A stretch of DNA of 32,000 nt from Methanothermobacter thermautotrophicus str. Delta H (GCF_000008645.1 NC_000916.1:300001-332000), one strand, 5' to 3'. Positions 16,632 through 26,875 are shown, counted from the stretch's first letter. Translations and numbers: made by a program. The notes: generated from the letters alone by a model not told the origin.

Positions 16632-18274
16632 ATGTCATATGATAGAAGGTTCATTTCAGTTGTTGCCATCTTCTCGGTCTTCATAGCCGTTATCCTTGTC
16701 CTTATCCAGAACAGTATAGGGATCTATTACTGGGACATTTTCCTGTATGTTAACAATGCCATGAAAATGGCCCACCTTGGACCCGGCGACGCCCTCTACC
16801 TACCACCATTCTTCCCGGCGGTGCTGGCCTTACTTTTCAGACTCGGGTTCACAGGTGAAATAACGGTATTTGCGGCGGCAGCGGCATTCTATGTTGCAGG
16901 TATCATCGGGATGTACCTCCTCCTCCAACTGAGATTCAGTGAAATGGAGAGCCTTGCAGGGGCCATCTCATTCGCATCCTTCAGCCTTATCCTATCATGG
17001 GCAGCCACAGGGTCCCTGGATGTCCCGGCCATCTCCCTCTCTATATGGGCCGTTTACCTTGCACTCATCGCAAGGAGGCGTGACAGCCGATTCTACTACC
17101 TTGCATTTCCGGTTGCAATGGCAGCATTTCTCACAAGATATACATCGGGTCTCATGCTGCTCCCACTTGCAGTGATAATACTCACTGACCCATCCCTCAG
17201 GTTAAAGCTGCCAGACATAGGCAGGGGAATTGGCCTGGGGGTCCTCCTCTACATCCCATTCGGGTACTTTTTTACAGAAACATCGGAACACCCCTACCCT
17301 TCACAAAACAGGTTTCATCCACAGTCACCGGTTCAGCCACATCCATAAATCCTGGCTACAGCACAGACAGCCTCTACTACCTCAAGCACCTTCCAGAGTA
17401 CATCTCAGCAATGCCTTCACAGGATTACCTCAGGGTACTGAACCCCTCACTTTCAGGACCGACACCAATCGCCTTCATAATACTGGCCCTCATATCAGCA
17501 GGTTTACTGATTATTATATGGAGGAACAGGGACCTCATATCAACCGATAACCTCAGGGGAAAGATTATATTCATTGTAATATCTGCAGCACTCATATTCA
17601 CCTTTGGAAGGATATCCTTTGCACTTAGCGAGGTCCTCATATTCCTCTGGGCACTTTCAATCCTCTGGATAAGGGGGAACACTGATAACATTGAGATGAA
17701 CCTTGCGATGGCTGCCTGGGTCCTGGCCTACCTCTACATGCACAGCTTTCACCCTGTAAAGGCTGACAGGTACATCATAACAGTCCTGCCAGCCCTCGCC
17801 TACGCCATATCCCTTTCACTGAACAATTTATCTGCTTTGATGAGATCCAGGAGGGCATCGACGGTTCTGTCCATTGCAGTCACCCTTCTGATGGTCTCTT
17901 CGGCAATCCATTACACTGCAGGATGGCCCCAGGAATATGGGATAGTTAAGGGTGAGAGGAGCGGCGCCTGGCTCATGAACCATGACCCCTCCTACAGGGA
18001 CAGGGTCATAGCTGCTGACAGGGGCCCTGCCTTCACATGGTACCTTGGAGACTATGTCTTCACAAGGATAATCCACCCACAGCGTAGGGAGTTAAGCCTC
18101 AAGTACTTCTATGAAGTGAACCCTGACTACTATATATTCTGGACGGGTAAAACAGAGTTGCCTGAAGGTTACAGGGTCATATATTCAAGGGATGGGGTTC
18201 CATTGCCAGGAAGATTCAGTAGATATGCCGGGATCCTTCCCCTCCGGTACAGGATTCAGTGGATGTTGAGGTGA
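16632..18274 (+). pseudogene. Multi-TM glycosyltransferase/ArnT-like (GT39/GT-C) membrane protein interrupted by one frame break
   Basis: The first ORF (to 17348) has IYYWDIFLYVNNAMKMAHLGPGDALYLPPFFPAVLALLFRLGF. Reading on in the +1 frame from about 17300 gives PFTKQVSSTVTGSATSINPGYSTDSLYYLKHLPEYISAMPSQDYLRV, which joins the 17411..18274 ORF. Confidence 0.78.
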
Positions 18275-18314
18275 TTCTCTCTGGCGAGGGATGGATTCGC
18301 TTAACAGATTGAAA

Positions 18315-18325
18315 CTATTTATATG
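18315..18325 (+). promoter_or_regulatory. Putative TATA box for the 18.5-24.3 kb operon
   Basis: CTATTTATATG about 155 nt upstream of the first ATG. Confidence 0.4.
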
Positions 18326-18479
18326 GCGAGTTCAATAACTAGTTTGAGTTAAACTAGGATATACTCTGAATCGTATATTGTGGGAAGGAAATCTTTATTC
18401 ATTCATATCATGAATAATGTTACCAGGAAAACCCTTATTCTTACAAGGGAAATCATCCAAAATAGGGAGTGATGCTAAT

Positions 18480-19421
18480 ATGGAAACTCAGAGAATACTC
18501 GTGACCGGTGGCGCCGGATTCATAGGTACAAACCTTGTCAATGAACTGAGGAACAGGGGCCATGAGGTCCTTGCGGTTGACCTCATGCACACAGAACGCG
18601 AGGACTACATGAGGGCCGATGTCAGGGAGTACAGGCAGGTTGAGAGGATCTTTGAGGAAGATAAATTCGACTACGTATACCACCTGGCCGCAGAGTACGG
18701 GAGATGGAACGGTGAGGACTACTATGAGAACCTCTGGAAGACCAACGTCATAGGTACAAAGCACATGCTGAGGATGCAGGAGAAGCTTGGCTTCAGGATG
18801 ATATTCTTCTCCTCAGCAGAGGTCTACGGGGACTACAGTGGTTTGATGAGTGAGGATGTGATGGTCAAAAACCCCATAAGCGACACCTACCAGATGAATG
18901 ACTACGCCATAACCAAGTGGGCCGGTGAACTCATGTGCATGAACTCTGCAGAGATGTTCGGCACAGAGACTGTCCGTGTGAGGCCGGTGAACTGTTACGG
19001 CCCCCATGAGAAGTACTCACCCTACAAGGGCTTCATACCCATATTCATCTACCATGCACTACACAGGAAGCCCTACACCGTCTATAAGGGCCATAAGAGG
19101 ATAATCGACTACGTGGAGGACTCCGTGAGGACCTTCGCCAATATCGTGGATAACTTCATCCCCGGGGAGGTCTACAATGTCGGCGGGCGAACCGAGTGGG
19201 AGCATGACATCAAGGAGTACTCAGACATGGTCCTTGAGGCTGTGGGGATAGATGACTCCATAGTCACCTACAGGGAGTCAGAGCCCTTCACCACAAAGGT
19301 GAAGACCATGGACTTCTCAAAGGCCATAAGGGACCTCAAACATGACCCACAGGTACCCCCCGAGGAGGGTATCAGGCGTACAGTCGAGTGGATGAAGTGG
19401 TACTACAGGATAGAGGACTGA
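18480..19421 (+). CDS. NAD-dependent nucleotide-sugar epimerase/dehydratase (extended SDR)
   Basis: RILVTGGAGFIGTNLVNELRNRGHEV, AAEYGRWNG, YQMNDYAITKWAGE (YxxxK) and NVGG. Start METQ at 18480; the track ORF starts at 18417. Confidence 0.9.
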   Translation: METQRILVTGGAGFIGTNLVNELRNRGHEVLAVDLMHTEREDYMRADVREYRQVERIFEEDKFDYVYHLAAEYGRWNGEDYYENLWKTNVIGTKHMLRMQEKLGFRMIFFSSAEVYGDYSGLMSEDVMVKNPISDTYQMNDYAITKWAGELMCMNSAEMFGTETVRVRPVNCYGPHEKYSPYKGFIPIFIYHALHRKPYTVYKGHKRIIDYVEDSVRTFANIVDNFIPGEVYNVGGRTEWEHDIKEYSDMVLEAVGIDDSIVTYRESEPFTTKVKTMDFSKAIRDLKHDPQVPPEEGIRRTVEWMKWYYRIED

Positions 19422-19423
19422 AA

Positions 19424-20299
19424 ATGAGGATAGTCGCGGTCATCCCTGCCTTCAACGAGGAGGTTGCCATAGGTTCAGTTGTGCTCCTCACAGGGGAACA
19501 CGTTGATGAGGTTATCGTTGTTGATGATGGGTCGGCTGACAGGACAGCCCACGTGGCTGAGATGGCAGGCGCAAGGGTTATAAGGCACCACAGGAACCTG
19601 GGAAAGGGTGCAGCCCTCAAAACAGGGTTTGAGGCTGCAGATGCAGATGTAATAGTCACCCTTGACGCTGATGCACAGCACAACCCTGCAGAGATACCTA
19701 AACTCGTGGAGCCCATACTGAGGGGGGAGGCCGACGTTGTGAACGGGAGCCGCTACCTCCATGGGAGGGACGAGAACACCCCCCGCTACCGCAGGGTGGG
19801 CCAGAAGATACTTGACAGGGCCACCAACATATCAACGGGCCTGGACATAACCGATACCCAGAGCGGCTTCAGGGCCTTCTCATCAGCCAGCATACCCCAT
19901 TTCAGGTTCAGGGACCCGGGCTTCGTGGTTGAAAGCGAGATGCTTGCAGACGCCGCCGAGGCCGGCCTCAGGATAGTGGAGGTGGAGGTCGGAGTGAGGT
20001 ATGATGTGGATGGGTCCACCAGGAACCCCATAAGCCACGGTGTATCGGTGCTCCTTAGGATCATAGGGGACCTTGAACTCAAGCGCCCCCTCTACTACTT
20101 CACACTCCCGGGCCTCATAATAGGGATTACAGGGGCAATCCTAAGTTTAATGTTCATAAGGGACTACATAACGGGTTTAAGTGTGAACATGGGTCCCACC
20201 ATCGTGGCGGTGATGCTCACACTCTTCGGGACCTTCTTCATATTCACAGGCATCATCCTCGACTCCATGAGGAGGATGATCATCCACTATGGAAGGTGA
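19424..20299 (+). CDS. Glycosyltransferase family 2, dolichyl-phosphate mannosyltransferase-like, with two C-terminal TM segments
   Basis: MRIVAVIPAFNEEVAIGSVVLL, VIVVDDGSADRTA, NLGKGAALKTGF, VIVTLDADAQHNPAEI; hydrophobic YFTLPGLIIGITGAILSLMF and ILFTLFGTFF-like tail. Confidence 0.9.
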   Translation: MRIVAVIPAFNEEVAIGSVVLLTGEHVDEVIVVDDGSADRTAHVAEMAGARVIRHHRNLGKGAALKTGFEAADADVIVTLDADAQHNPAEIPKLVEPILRGEADVVNGSRYLHGRDENTPRYRRVGQKILDRATNISTGLDITDTQSGFRAFSSASIPHFRFRDPGFVVESEMLADAAEAGLRIVEVEVGVRYDVDGSTRNPISHGVSVLLRIIGDLELKRPLYYFTLPGLIIGITGAILSLMFIRDYITGLSVNMGPTIVAVMLTLFGTFFIFTGIILDSMRRMIIHYGR

Positions 20300-20331
20300 C
20301 TGCAGAATCTACTGATGGAAGGTGATTGATT

Positions 20332-21324
20332 ATGGATGAATTCAGGGCTTATGATGGTAAATGTGTTCTTGTAACAGGTGGAGCTGGATGCGTTGGAAGC
20401 AATCTCACAGGGAACCTTGCAAAGGCAGGGGCCAATGTGATCATACTGGATAATCTCTCATCAAGCTATGAGTGGAACATCCCGGAATATGAGAACATAG
20501 AATTCGTTAAGGGCGACATACTCGACGATGAGGTCCTTAAACGGGTATTCAAGGAGAGGCCGGACTACGTCTTCCACCTCGCAGCCCACTTTGCAAACCA
20601 GAACAGTGTTGACAACCCGGAGAAGGACCTCCTGGTCAACGGGCTGGGCATACTGAAGGTCCTTGAGTATGCACAGCTTGTGGGTGTTGAGCGCTTCGTT
20701 TACTCATCATCAGGGTGCGGTGTCTACGGCCTGGACTCAAAGATACCCTTTGAGGAACACGACATCTCAATATCACTGCACACCCCCTACCAGGTCACCA
20801 AGCTCCTCGGTGAACTGTACACCAACTACTTCCACAACCTCTACGAGATGCCCATAGTCAATGCAAGGTTCTTCAACGTCTTCGGCCCGGGTGAGGTCCC
20901 AGGGAAGTACCGTAACGTCATCCCCAACTTCTTCTACTGGGCCATGAACCAGCAACCATTACCCATAACCGGGGACGGCTCAGAGACCAGGGACTGGACC
21001 TTCGTGGAGGACATAGTCAGGGGCCTCATGGCCATGGGTGTCAGAAGGGAGGCCATAGGCGAGGCCATCAACCTTGGCTCAGGGACCGAGCACCAGGTCA
21101 TAGAGATGGCGGGTATCATAAACGAGCTCACAGAAAACCCTGCAGGCGTGGTCTACAGGCCGAGGAGGGACTGGGACGCCAAGACAAGGCTCCTGTCATC
21201 AATCGATAAGGCCAGAAGACTCCTGGACTACGAGCCACAGGTATCCTTCAGGGAGGGACTTGAGAGGACCCACAGGTGGTTCACAGAGAACTGGGAGCTC
21301 ATAAGGAAGAGCGCAGAGTTCTAA
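20332..21324 (+). CDS. UDP-glucose 4-epimerase-like extended SDR
   Basis: KCVLVTGGAGCVGSNLTGNLAKAGANVIILDNLSSS, VYSSSGCGVYG, YQVTKLLGE, FNVFGPGEVPG. Confidence 0.88.
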   Translation: MDEFRAYDGKCVLVTGGAGCVGSNLTGNLAKAGANVIILDNLSSSYEWNIPEYENIEFVKGDILDDEVLKRVFKERPDYVFHLAAHFANQNSVDNPEKDLLVNGLGILKVLEYAQLVGVERFVYSSSGCGVYGLDSKIPFEEHDISISLHTPYQVTKLLGELYTNYFHNLYEMPIVNARFFNVFGPGEVPGKYRNVIPNFFYWAMNQQPLPITGDGSETRDWTFVEDIVRGLMAMGVRREAIGEAINLGSGTEHQVIEMAGIINELTENPAGVVYRPRRDWDAKTRLLSSIDKARRLLDYEPQVSFREGLERTHRWFTENWELIRKSAEF

Positions 21325-21351
21325 TCAAAAACCTTCTTTTTCTGATCGCAT

Positions 21352-22539
21352 ATGAGGATACTGGTTGTACAGGAATCGGACTGGATAGAAAGGAACCCCC
21401 ACCAGCAGCACCACCTCTTTGACAGGTTATCTGCGAGGGGTCATGAGGTGAGGGTCATAGACTACCCCATAGACTGGAGGAAGGAGGAGGGGGGAAGCAT
21501 CCTGAACCCCCGCCGGGTCTACCTGGGGGTCCAGAAGGTCCGGGAGGACGCCGGTGTGGATGTTATAAGGCCCGCCCACCTCAGGGTCCCGGTACTGGAT
21601 TACCTCTCAATACCCTTCACCCATGGGAGGGAGATAAGGAGGCAGATAAGGGAGTTCAGACCAGACCTTGTGGTCGGATTTGGTCTCATAAACTCCTTCA
21701 TAGCATCAATCGAAGCAGGGAGGCAGGGCATACCCTTCGTATATTACCTCATCGACGTACTCTACACCCTGATACCAGAGAGGGCCTTTCAGGGTCTGGG
21801 GAAGCTGCTCATGAGGAAGACCATCGAGAGGTCAGACCTTGTCCTCACCATCAACAGGAAGCTCGACCAGCTGGCAGCTGAACTGGGGGCCAGGAGGACG
21901 GAGGTCATAGACGCGGGCATAGACCTTGCAGAATTCGACCCGGACCTTGACGGTTCACGCATAAGGGAGAGGTACGGTGTCGGGGATGATGACATCCTCC
22001 TCTTCTTCATGGGATTCCTCTACAACTTCTCCGGTCTCAGGGAACTTGCAGCAGCAATGGCAGAGAGGCGTGGGGAATACCCGAACATCAAGCTTATGGT
22101 TGTAGGGGATGGAGACGCATACGAGGACCTTAAAGGGATAAGGGATGATAACAACCTGGACAGCCTCATACTGACAGGGAGACAGCCCTACAGTGAGATA
22201 CCTGAATTTGTAGCGGCTTCTGACATCTGCATACTCCCCGCCCACATAGACGAGGAGATAATGCAGGACATAGTCCCCATAAAGCTCTACGAGTACCTTG
22301 CAATGGCAAAGCCGGTCATAGCCACAAGGCTGCCAGGCATATACATGGAGTTCGGTGAGGGCAACGGCATCCACTACATAGAGAGACCAGAGGAAACTCT
22401 TGATGTAGCAGTGGAACTTGCAGGCAGACTCAGGGAGGAGGGCCAGAAAGGGAGGCGCTTCGTGGAGTCAAATGACTGGGAAAGCATCACCGAAAGATTT
22501 GAGGAGACCCTAAGGGAACTTGTGGAGAAGGATGAATGA
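21352..22539 (+). CDS. Glycosyltransferase family 4
   Basis: LFFMGFLYNFSGLRELAAAMAE, LMVVGDGDAYEDLKGI, LPAHIDEEIMQDIVPIKLYEYLAMAKPVIATRLPG. Confidence 0.88.
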   Translation: MRILVVQESDWIERNPHQQHHLFDRLSARGHEVRVIDYPIDWRKEEGGSILNPRRVYLGVQKVREDAGVDVIRPAHLRVPVLDYLSIPFTHGREIRRQIREFRPDLVVGFGLINSFIASIEAGRQGIPFVYYLIDVLYTLIPERAFQGLGKLLMRKTIERSDLVLTINRKLDQLAAELGARRTEVIDAGIDLAEFDPDLDGSRIRERYGVGDDDILLFFMGFLYNFSGLRELAAAMAERRGEYPNIKLMVVGDGDAYEDLKGIRDDNNLDSLILTGRQPYSEIPEFVAASDICILPAHIDEEIMQDIVPIKLYEYLAMAKPVIATRLPGIYMEFGEGNGIHYIERPEETLDVAVELAGRLREEGQKGRRFVESNDWESITERFEETLRELVEKDE

Positions 22540-22597
22540 GCATGATCCCACGAGGGGTGGTGATTACCTCAATGACTGTACCGCTGGAGGTGTCGCG

Positions 22598-23278
22598 ATG
22601 AGGGTGGTCACAGTGATACCTGCATTCAATGAGGAGAGGACCGTCGAATCCGTTGTGAGGGGCGCCCTTGAACATGGTGACGTGATCCTGGTGGACGATG
22701 GCAGCACAGACAGGACTGCAGCCCTTGGTGAGGAAGCAGGGGCAAGGGTCATCAGCCACCCCAAAAATCTCGGGAAGGGGGCAGCCCTCAAGACAGGTAT
22801 AAGGGAGGCCCTTGGAGGAGACTACGATGTCATAGTATTCATGGACGCCGATGGCCAGCACGACCCCTCCCTGATACCAGAACTTGCATCCGCGGTTAAC
22901 GGTGGCGACTTCATCATAGGGTCAAGGTTCATAAGGAATAACCATGATAGCATGCCCCTCCACAGGCAGCTATCAAACCGGATAACCACCTGGATACTCA
23001 GACTGGCCACAGGGTACCGGATAACAGATAGTCAGAGCGGCTTCAGGGCAATATCAGCCAGGTACGCCCACCTGATACTCGAAATACCCTACGACGACTA
23101 TGTGTATGAATCAGAGGCAATATGTGAGACCTCAAGGCACCGGCTGAGGATAGCCGAGGTCCCCATCACCTGCACCTATGGTGATGAGAAGTCCTACATC
23201 GGGGTCGGGGACGTCCTCCAGTACATCAGGTTCATAGTTAGGCTCTTCGTCAGAAGGATATCCGGTGTCAGGGGCTGA
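22598..23278 (+). CDS. Glycosyltransferase family 2, dolichyl-phosphate mannosyltransferase-like, without TM tail
   Basis: MRVVTVIPAFNEERTVESVV, VILVDDGSTDRTA, NLGKGAALKTGI, VIVFMDADGQHDPSLIPEL, ITDSQSGFRAIS. ATG is 7 nt after GGAGG. The track ORF starts at 22520. Confidence 0.9.
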   Translation: MRVVTVIPAFNEERTVESVVRGALEHGDVILVDDGSTDRTAALGEEAGARVISHPKNLGKGAALKTGIREALGGDYDVIVFMDADGQHDPSLIPELASAVNGGDFIIGSRFIRNNHDSMPLHRQLSNRITTWILRLATGYRITDSQSGFRAISARYAHLILEIPYDDYVYESEAICETSRHRLRIAEVPITCTYGDEKSYIGVGDVLQYIRFIVRLFVRRISGVRG

Positions 23279-23327
23279 TGTGGGAGCTGCTTCCCATCAC
23301 CTTCACATCTGAGAGGAGATGGACTCC

Positions 23328-24323
23328 ATGAAAAGGTTTTACTTCTTTGCACTGAGCATCCTTCTCATCCTGGCACTCATAATATGGATGGGACCCTCAA
23401 GGATCATCAGGGCAGTCTACATGGCGGACTGGATGATCATAGCCATCGCACTTCTCATCCACATGGGGGTTCTGGCTGTTAGGGGCCTCCGCTGGGGTTT
23501 CATTATAGGCCAGCCCTGGAGGATGCGGGTCAACTTCATGGTGAAGACCATCGGCCTCTTTGCCGGTAACCTCAGCCCCATGAGGAGTGCTGGCGAGGTC
23601 ATGAATGCACTAGCAGGTAAAAAACTGAACGGAATTGAACTCTCAGAGGGTCTCTCAGCTGGTTTAACCGAGAGGTTCTTTGATCTGGGGATAGGAGGGG
23701 GTCTGCTTCTCCTTGCAGCCGTGATGGTGCCGGTGATAAGGGTAATAGCCCTCTTCGGGGCGATTCTATCTGTCCTCATAACCTACCTCATCTACCTTGT
23801 TAACTGGAGGGAGGAGAAGGGTTTGAGGATCTACCAGAGGATACATAGCATCATTGAGAGACTTCCAGTATCTGAGGAAACACTTGAAAACCTCTATGAA
23901 CGTTTAACCTCCGGTATAAAGGGCATGATAGGTTACACGAGATCCTACTCCAACTTCACCTCCCTTGGAGTCATATTCATCCTTTCACTCCTCTCCTGGC
24001 TCATGGAGTGCCTGAGACTCTACCTGGTATTCATGGCCTTCGGAGTGGAGACCTCCTTCTCTGCAGTTATAATAATATTCCTCCTGGCAAACCTTGTGGG
24101 CATACTATCTGCCCTTCCAGGGGGCATGGGCTCAATGGAGGTCTCAATGGCAGGACTGTTTGTAGTATTTGGTGTCCCCGGGTTCCTGGCTGGAAGCATA
24201 GCCCTGGTGGACCGTATAATATCATTCTGGATGGTCACAGCACTGGGAGCCATCTTCTCATCCTGCTATGCCGGGGAGATATTTGATGAGGTCAGGTCCT
24301 ATATCCTTGATATAAGGGCGTGA
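23328..24323 (+). CDS. Lysylphosphatidylglycerol synthase TM-region/UPF0104-type membrane protein (AglD-like flippase domain)
   Basis: RGLRWGFIIGQPWRMRVNFMVKTIGLFAGNLSPMRSAGEVMNALAGKKLNGIELSEGLSAGLTERFFDL and GILSALPGGMGSMEVSMAGLFVVFGVPGFLAGSIALVDRIISFW. Confidence 0.85.
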   Translation: MKRFYFFALSILLILALIIWMGPSRIIRAVYMADWMIIAIALLIHMGVLAVRGLRWGFIIGQPWRMRVNFMVKTIGLFAGNLSPMRSAGEVMNALAGKKLNGIELSEGLSAGLTERFFDLGIGGGLLLLAAVMVPVIRVIALFGAILSVLITYLIYLVNWREEKGLRIYQRIHSIIERLPVSEETLENLYERLTSGIKGMIGYTRSYSNFTSLGVIFILSLLSWLMECLRLYLVFMAFGVETSFSAVIIIFLLANLVGILSALPGGMGSMEVSMAGLFVVFGVPGFLAGSIALVDRIISFWMVTALGAIFSSCYAGEIFDEVRSYILDIRA

Positions 24324-24393
24324 TGAGGGGCTTTGTGATGTATTTCTGATAGTCCTGTTTTTTTGGAGGTCATATATCCTGATGAACTGATTT

Positions 24394-25812
24394 TTATCTC
24401 TGGCCCCTGATGATTGACCTCACCACAGCCCTGTCCACAGAGTCCAGGGCACCTGTCAGGAGGATCCCGGCGATATAGGCAACCAGGGCCAGGGGGATCC
24501 TTATGAGTATACTGAGGGGGAGCAGGAGTAAGATGATTGAAGCTGCTGCAGGGAGGAGGATCCTCCAGGCAACATGCAGGTCCCTCCATGCAGGACCAAA
24601 ACCGAGATCGCGCACCGTCCTGAGGAAAAGTAGGGTCATGAGGGCCTCCGTCATTACTGTGGCAGCACTCGCACCCATAAAGTCAAAGCGTGGGATCAGT
24701 GCGAGGTTGAGGGTCACATTGAAGAGGGCTGCAACCCCAGTGATCCTGGTGACCGTGATCTGCCTGTTGGCTGACCCCAGGAGGCTGGAGCTCACACCAT
24801 TTATGAACATGAAGGCGGTTGCGATTATGAGCACCCTGAGGGCGGGGACCGATTCAAGGTACTTCGCAGAGAAGATGAGCTCTATCAGGGGCCCTGCAAG
24901 TGTGAATACCGTGAAGATCAGGGGGACCGCTATGATTATGAGATACTTCAGGGACCTCATGTAGGTGAACCGCAGTGAATCTTCACTTTCAACGTGGAAC
25001 CTGGACATCACAGGGAATACAGCGGTGAGGTAGACACCGTAAAGTGATGTGATGACCGTGAGGAGCCTGTAGGGTGCATTGTAAAGACCCACTGAGACAT
25101 CACCCTTCATGAGGGAGAGCATCACGGAGTCTATCCAGAAGTATATCAGAGAGAATACACTCGTTATCCCGAAGGGGATGGCCTCCCTGATCATGTCGCG
25201 GCTGAAACTTAAACCTGGAGTGAAGAAACGACGGGTGAATGTTGTAGCGGAGTATACAAGTGAGAGGGCGGCTGCAATGAGGTAGGCCACTGCGACATGC
25301 ACAACACTCCCACCCAGCCAGACAACGGCAATGACACCTACAAGTATGAAGAGGCTGTTGAGGATGTTCCATACTGTCTGGTACTCCATCCTCTGGAAAC
25401 CCTGGAATATACTGTTGAAGAATGAGCTGAAGGAGGTCAAAAGCATGTACCCTGCTATGAAAACGATGACTGCAGCGGCAGTCCCGCTGTACAGTCCTGT
25501 GAGGGGGAAGAGGAGTATCAGCACAAATACGATGCATGAGAGGATGATACGGTTACCGAGACCCGCCGCCACAAGTTCCCTGGCCCCTCCAGGGTTCCTT
25601 GCAATCTCCCGGGTGATGTAGGTCCCTATACCCAGATCTGCGAGTATGCTGAATATGCCGGTCAGGGCCAGCGCAGTCGAGAGTATACCAAAACCAGCGG
25701 TTCCAAGGTACCTTGCGAGGTAGACGTTCCATACAAAGGCCGCAAGGTTTGTGAAGAGTGTGGCCACCAGGAGGAATGCCGTGTTCCTTGCAAGGGTCCT
25801 TGCATGACTCAT
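24394..25812 (-). CDS. Polysaccharide flippase/oligosaccharyl exporter (MATE/Wzx-like), intact
   Basis: ARNTAFLLVATLFTNLAAFVWNVYLARYLGTAGFGILSTALALTGIFSILADLGIGTYITREIARNPG. The likely start MSHARTL is at 25812; the track ORF starts at 25860. Confidence 0.9.
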   Translation of the reverse strand: MSHARTLARNTAFLLVATLFTNLAAFVWNVYLARYLGTAGFGILSTALALTGIFSILADLGIGTYITREIARNPGGARELVAAGLGNRIILSCIVFVLILLFPLTGLYSGTAAAVIVFIAGYMLLTSFSSFFNSIFQGFQRMEYQTVWNILNSLFILVGVIAVVWLGGSVVHVAVAYLIAAALSLVYSATTFTRRFFTPGLSFSRDMIREAIPFGITSVFSLIYFWIDSVMLSLMKGDVSVGLYNAPYRLLTVITSLYGVYLTAVFPVMSRFHVESEDSLRFTYMRSLKYLIIIAVPLIFTVFTLAGPLIELIFSAKYLESVPALRVLIIATAFMFINGVSSSLLGSANRQITVTRITGVAALFNVTLNLALIPRFDFMGASAATVMTEALMTLLFLRTVRDLGFGPAWRDLHVAWRILLPAAASIILLLLPLSILIRIPLALVAYIAGILLTGALDSVDRAVVRSIIRGQR

Positions 25813-25817
25813 TTCAA

Positions 25818-26768
25818 TCACTGATAGGAGGATCCTATCTTCAGTCTTTCCAGGAACCACTCAACGGTCCTCATAAGCCCCTCCTCAAGTCCAACCTCTG
25901 GCCTGAAACCTGCTGCAGCGAGACGGGACGTGTCTGCAAGGGAGTGCCTCACGTCTCCGGGCCTCTCATCAAGGTATTCTGGTTCTGCATCTGACTCAAG
26001 GATCCCTGAAATTATATCGAAGAGCCTGTTGACTGTAACGGAACTTCCACCGGCCACATTGTAAACCCCTGATCCACGGGACTCTGCCAGGAAGATGTTG
26101 GCCCTCACAACGTCACCGACGTATATGAAGTCACGGCTCTGCTCTCCATCCCCGTAGATCTCAGGGGACCTGCCACTGAGGAGGGCGTCGATGAACCTGG
26201 GGATGACTGCAGCGTACTGTGAATCAGGCCTCTGGCGGGGTCCGTAGACATTGAAGTACCTCAGGGAGACGGTTTCAAGCCCCTGGTCCTCAAATACCTG
26301 GCAGTAGTACTCCCCCGTCACCTTGGACACTGCGTAGGGTGATAGGGGCATTGGTCTGGCGTCCTCCCTCAGGGGAATCTCCGGGTTGTTCCCATAGACA
26401 GCAGAGGTTGATGCGTTCACAACCTTCCGGACACCTGCCCTGGAGGAGGCCATCAGCACCCTGAGGGTCCCTGTGGCATTGACACGGTGACACCTGAGGG
26501 GGTCCCTCACACTCTCGGGGACACTGGCCAGGGCTGCCTGGTGGAAGACGTAGTCCTTGCCCTGAAATACCTTCTCAAGGTCCAGATCATTTATGCTCCC
26601 CTCAATTATCTCAAGGTCCTCATGGTGGGGGTCCCTGAGGTTATCCGGGCTTCCGGTTGATAGGTCATCGATTACGGTGACACGGTTTCCCCTCTCAAGG
26701 AGTTCATCTGTGAGGTGTGAACCTATAAATCCAAGTCCTCCGGTTACAGCTACATCCATATCTCTCAT
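25818..26768 (-). CDS. UDP-glucose/UDP-N-acetylglucosamine 4-epimerase-like SDR
   Basis: DVAVTGGLGFIGSHLTDELLERGNRVTVIDDLSTG, NASTSAVYGNNPEIPLREDARPMPLSPYAVSKVTGE, LRYFNVYGPRQRPDSQYAAVIP, YGDGEQSRDFIYVGDVV. Confidence 0.92.
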   Translation of the reverse strand: MRDMDVAVTGGLGFIGSHLTDELLERGNRVTVIDDLSTGSPDNLRDPHHEDLEIIEGSINDLDLEKVFQGKDYVFHQAALASVPESVRDPLRCHRVNATGTLRVLMASSRAGVRKVVNASTSAVYGNNPEIPLREDARPMPLSPYAVSKVTGEYYCQVFEDQGLETVSLRYFNVYGPRQRPDSQYAAVIPRFIDALLSGRSPEIYGDGEQSRDFIYVGDVVRANIFLAESRGSGVYNVAGGSSVTVNRLFDIISGILESDAEPEYLDERPGDVRHSLADTSRLAAAGFRPEVGLEEGLMRTVEWFLERLKIGSSYQ

Positions 26769-26875
26769 ATTATCCCTGTCCGGCTGATGAAGTTTGATAT
26801 CGGTCAGTATTTGATCAGTCTTATCCGTTGATTTGAGCGGTTTTCATGCCTACAGATCACCATCTGAAGCATTAA

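Noticed and set aside
23328-24323. Considered lysylphosphatidylglycerol synthase proper
   Set aside because: Only the TM/flippase-like domain is present, with no acyltransferase-like C-terminal synthase domain.
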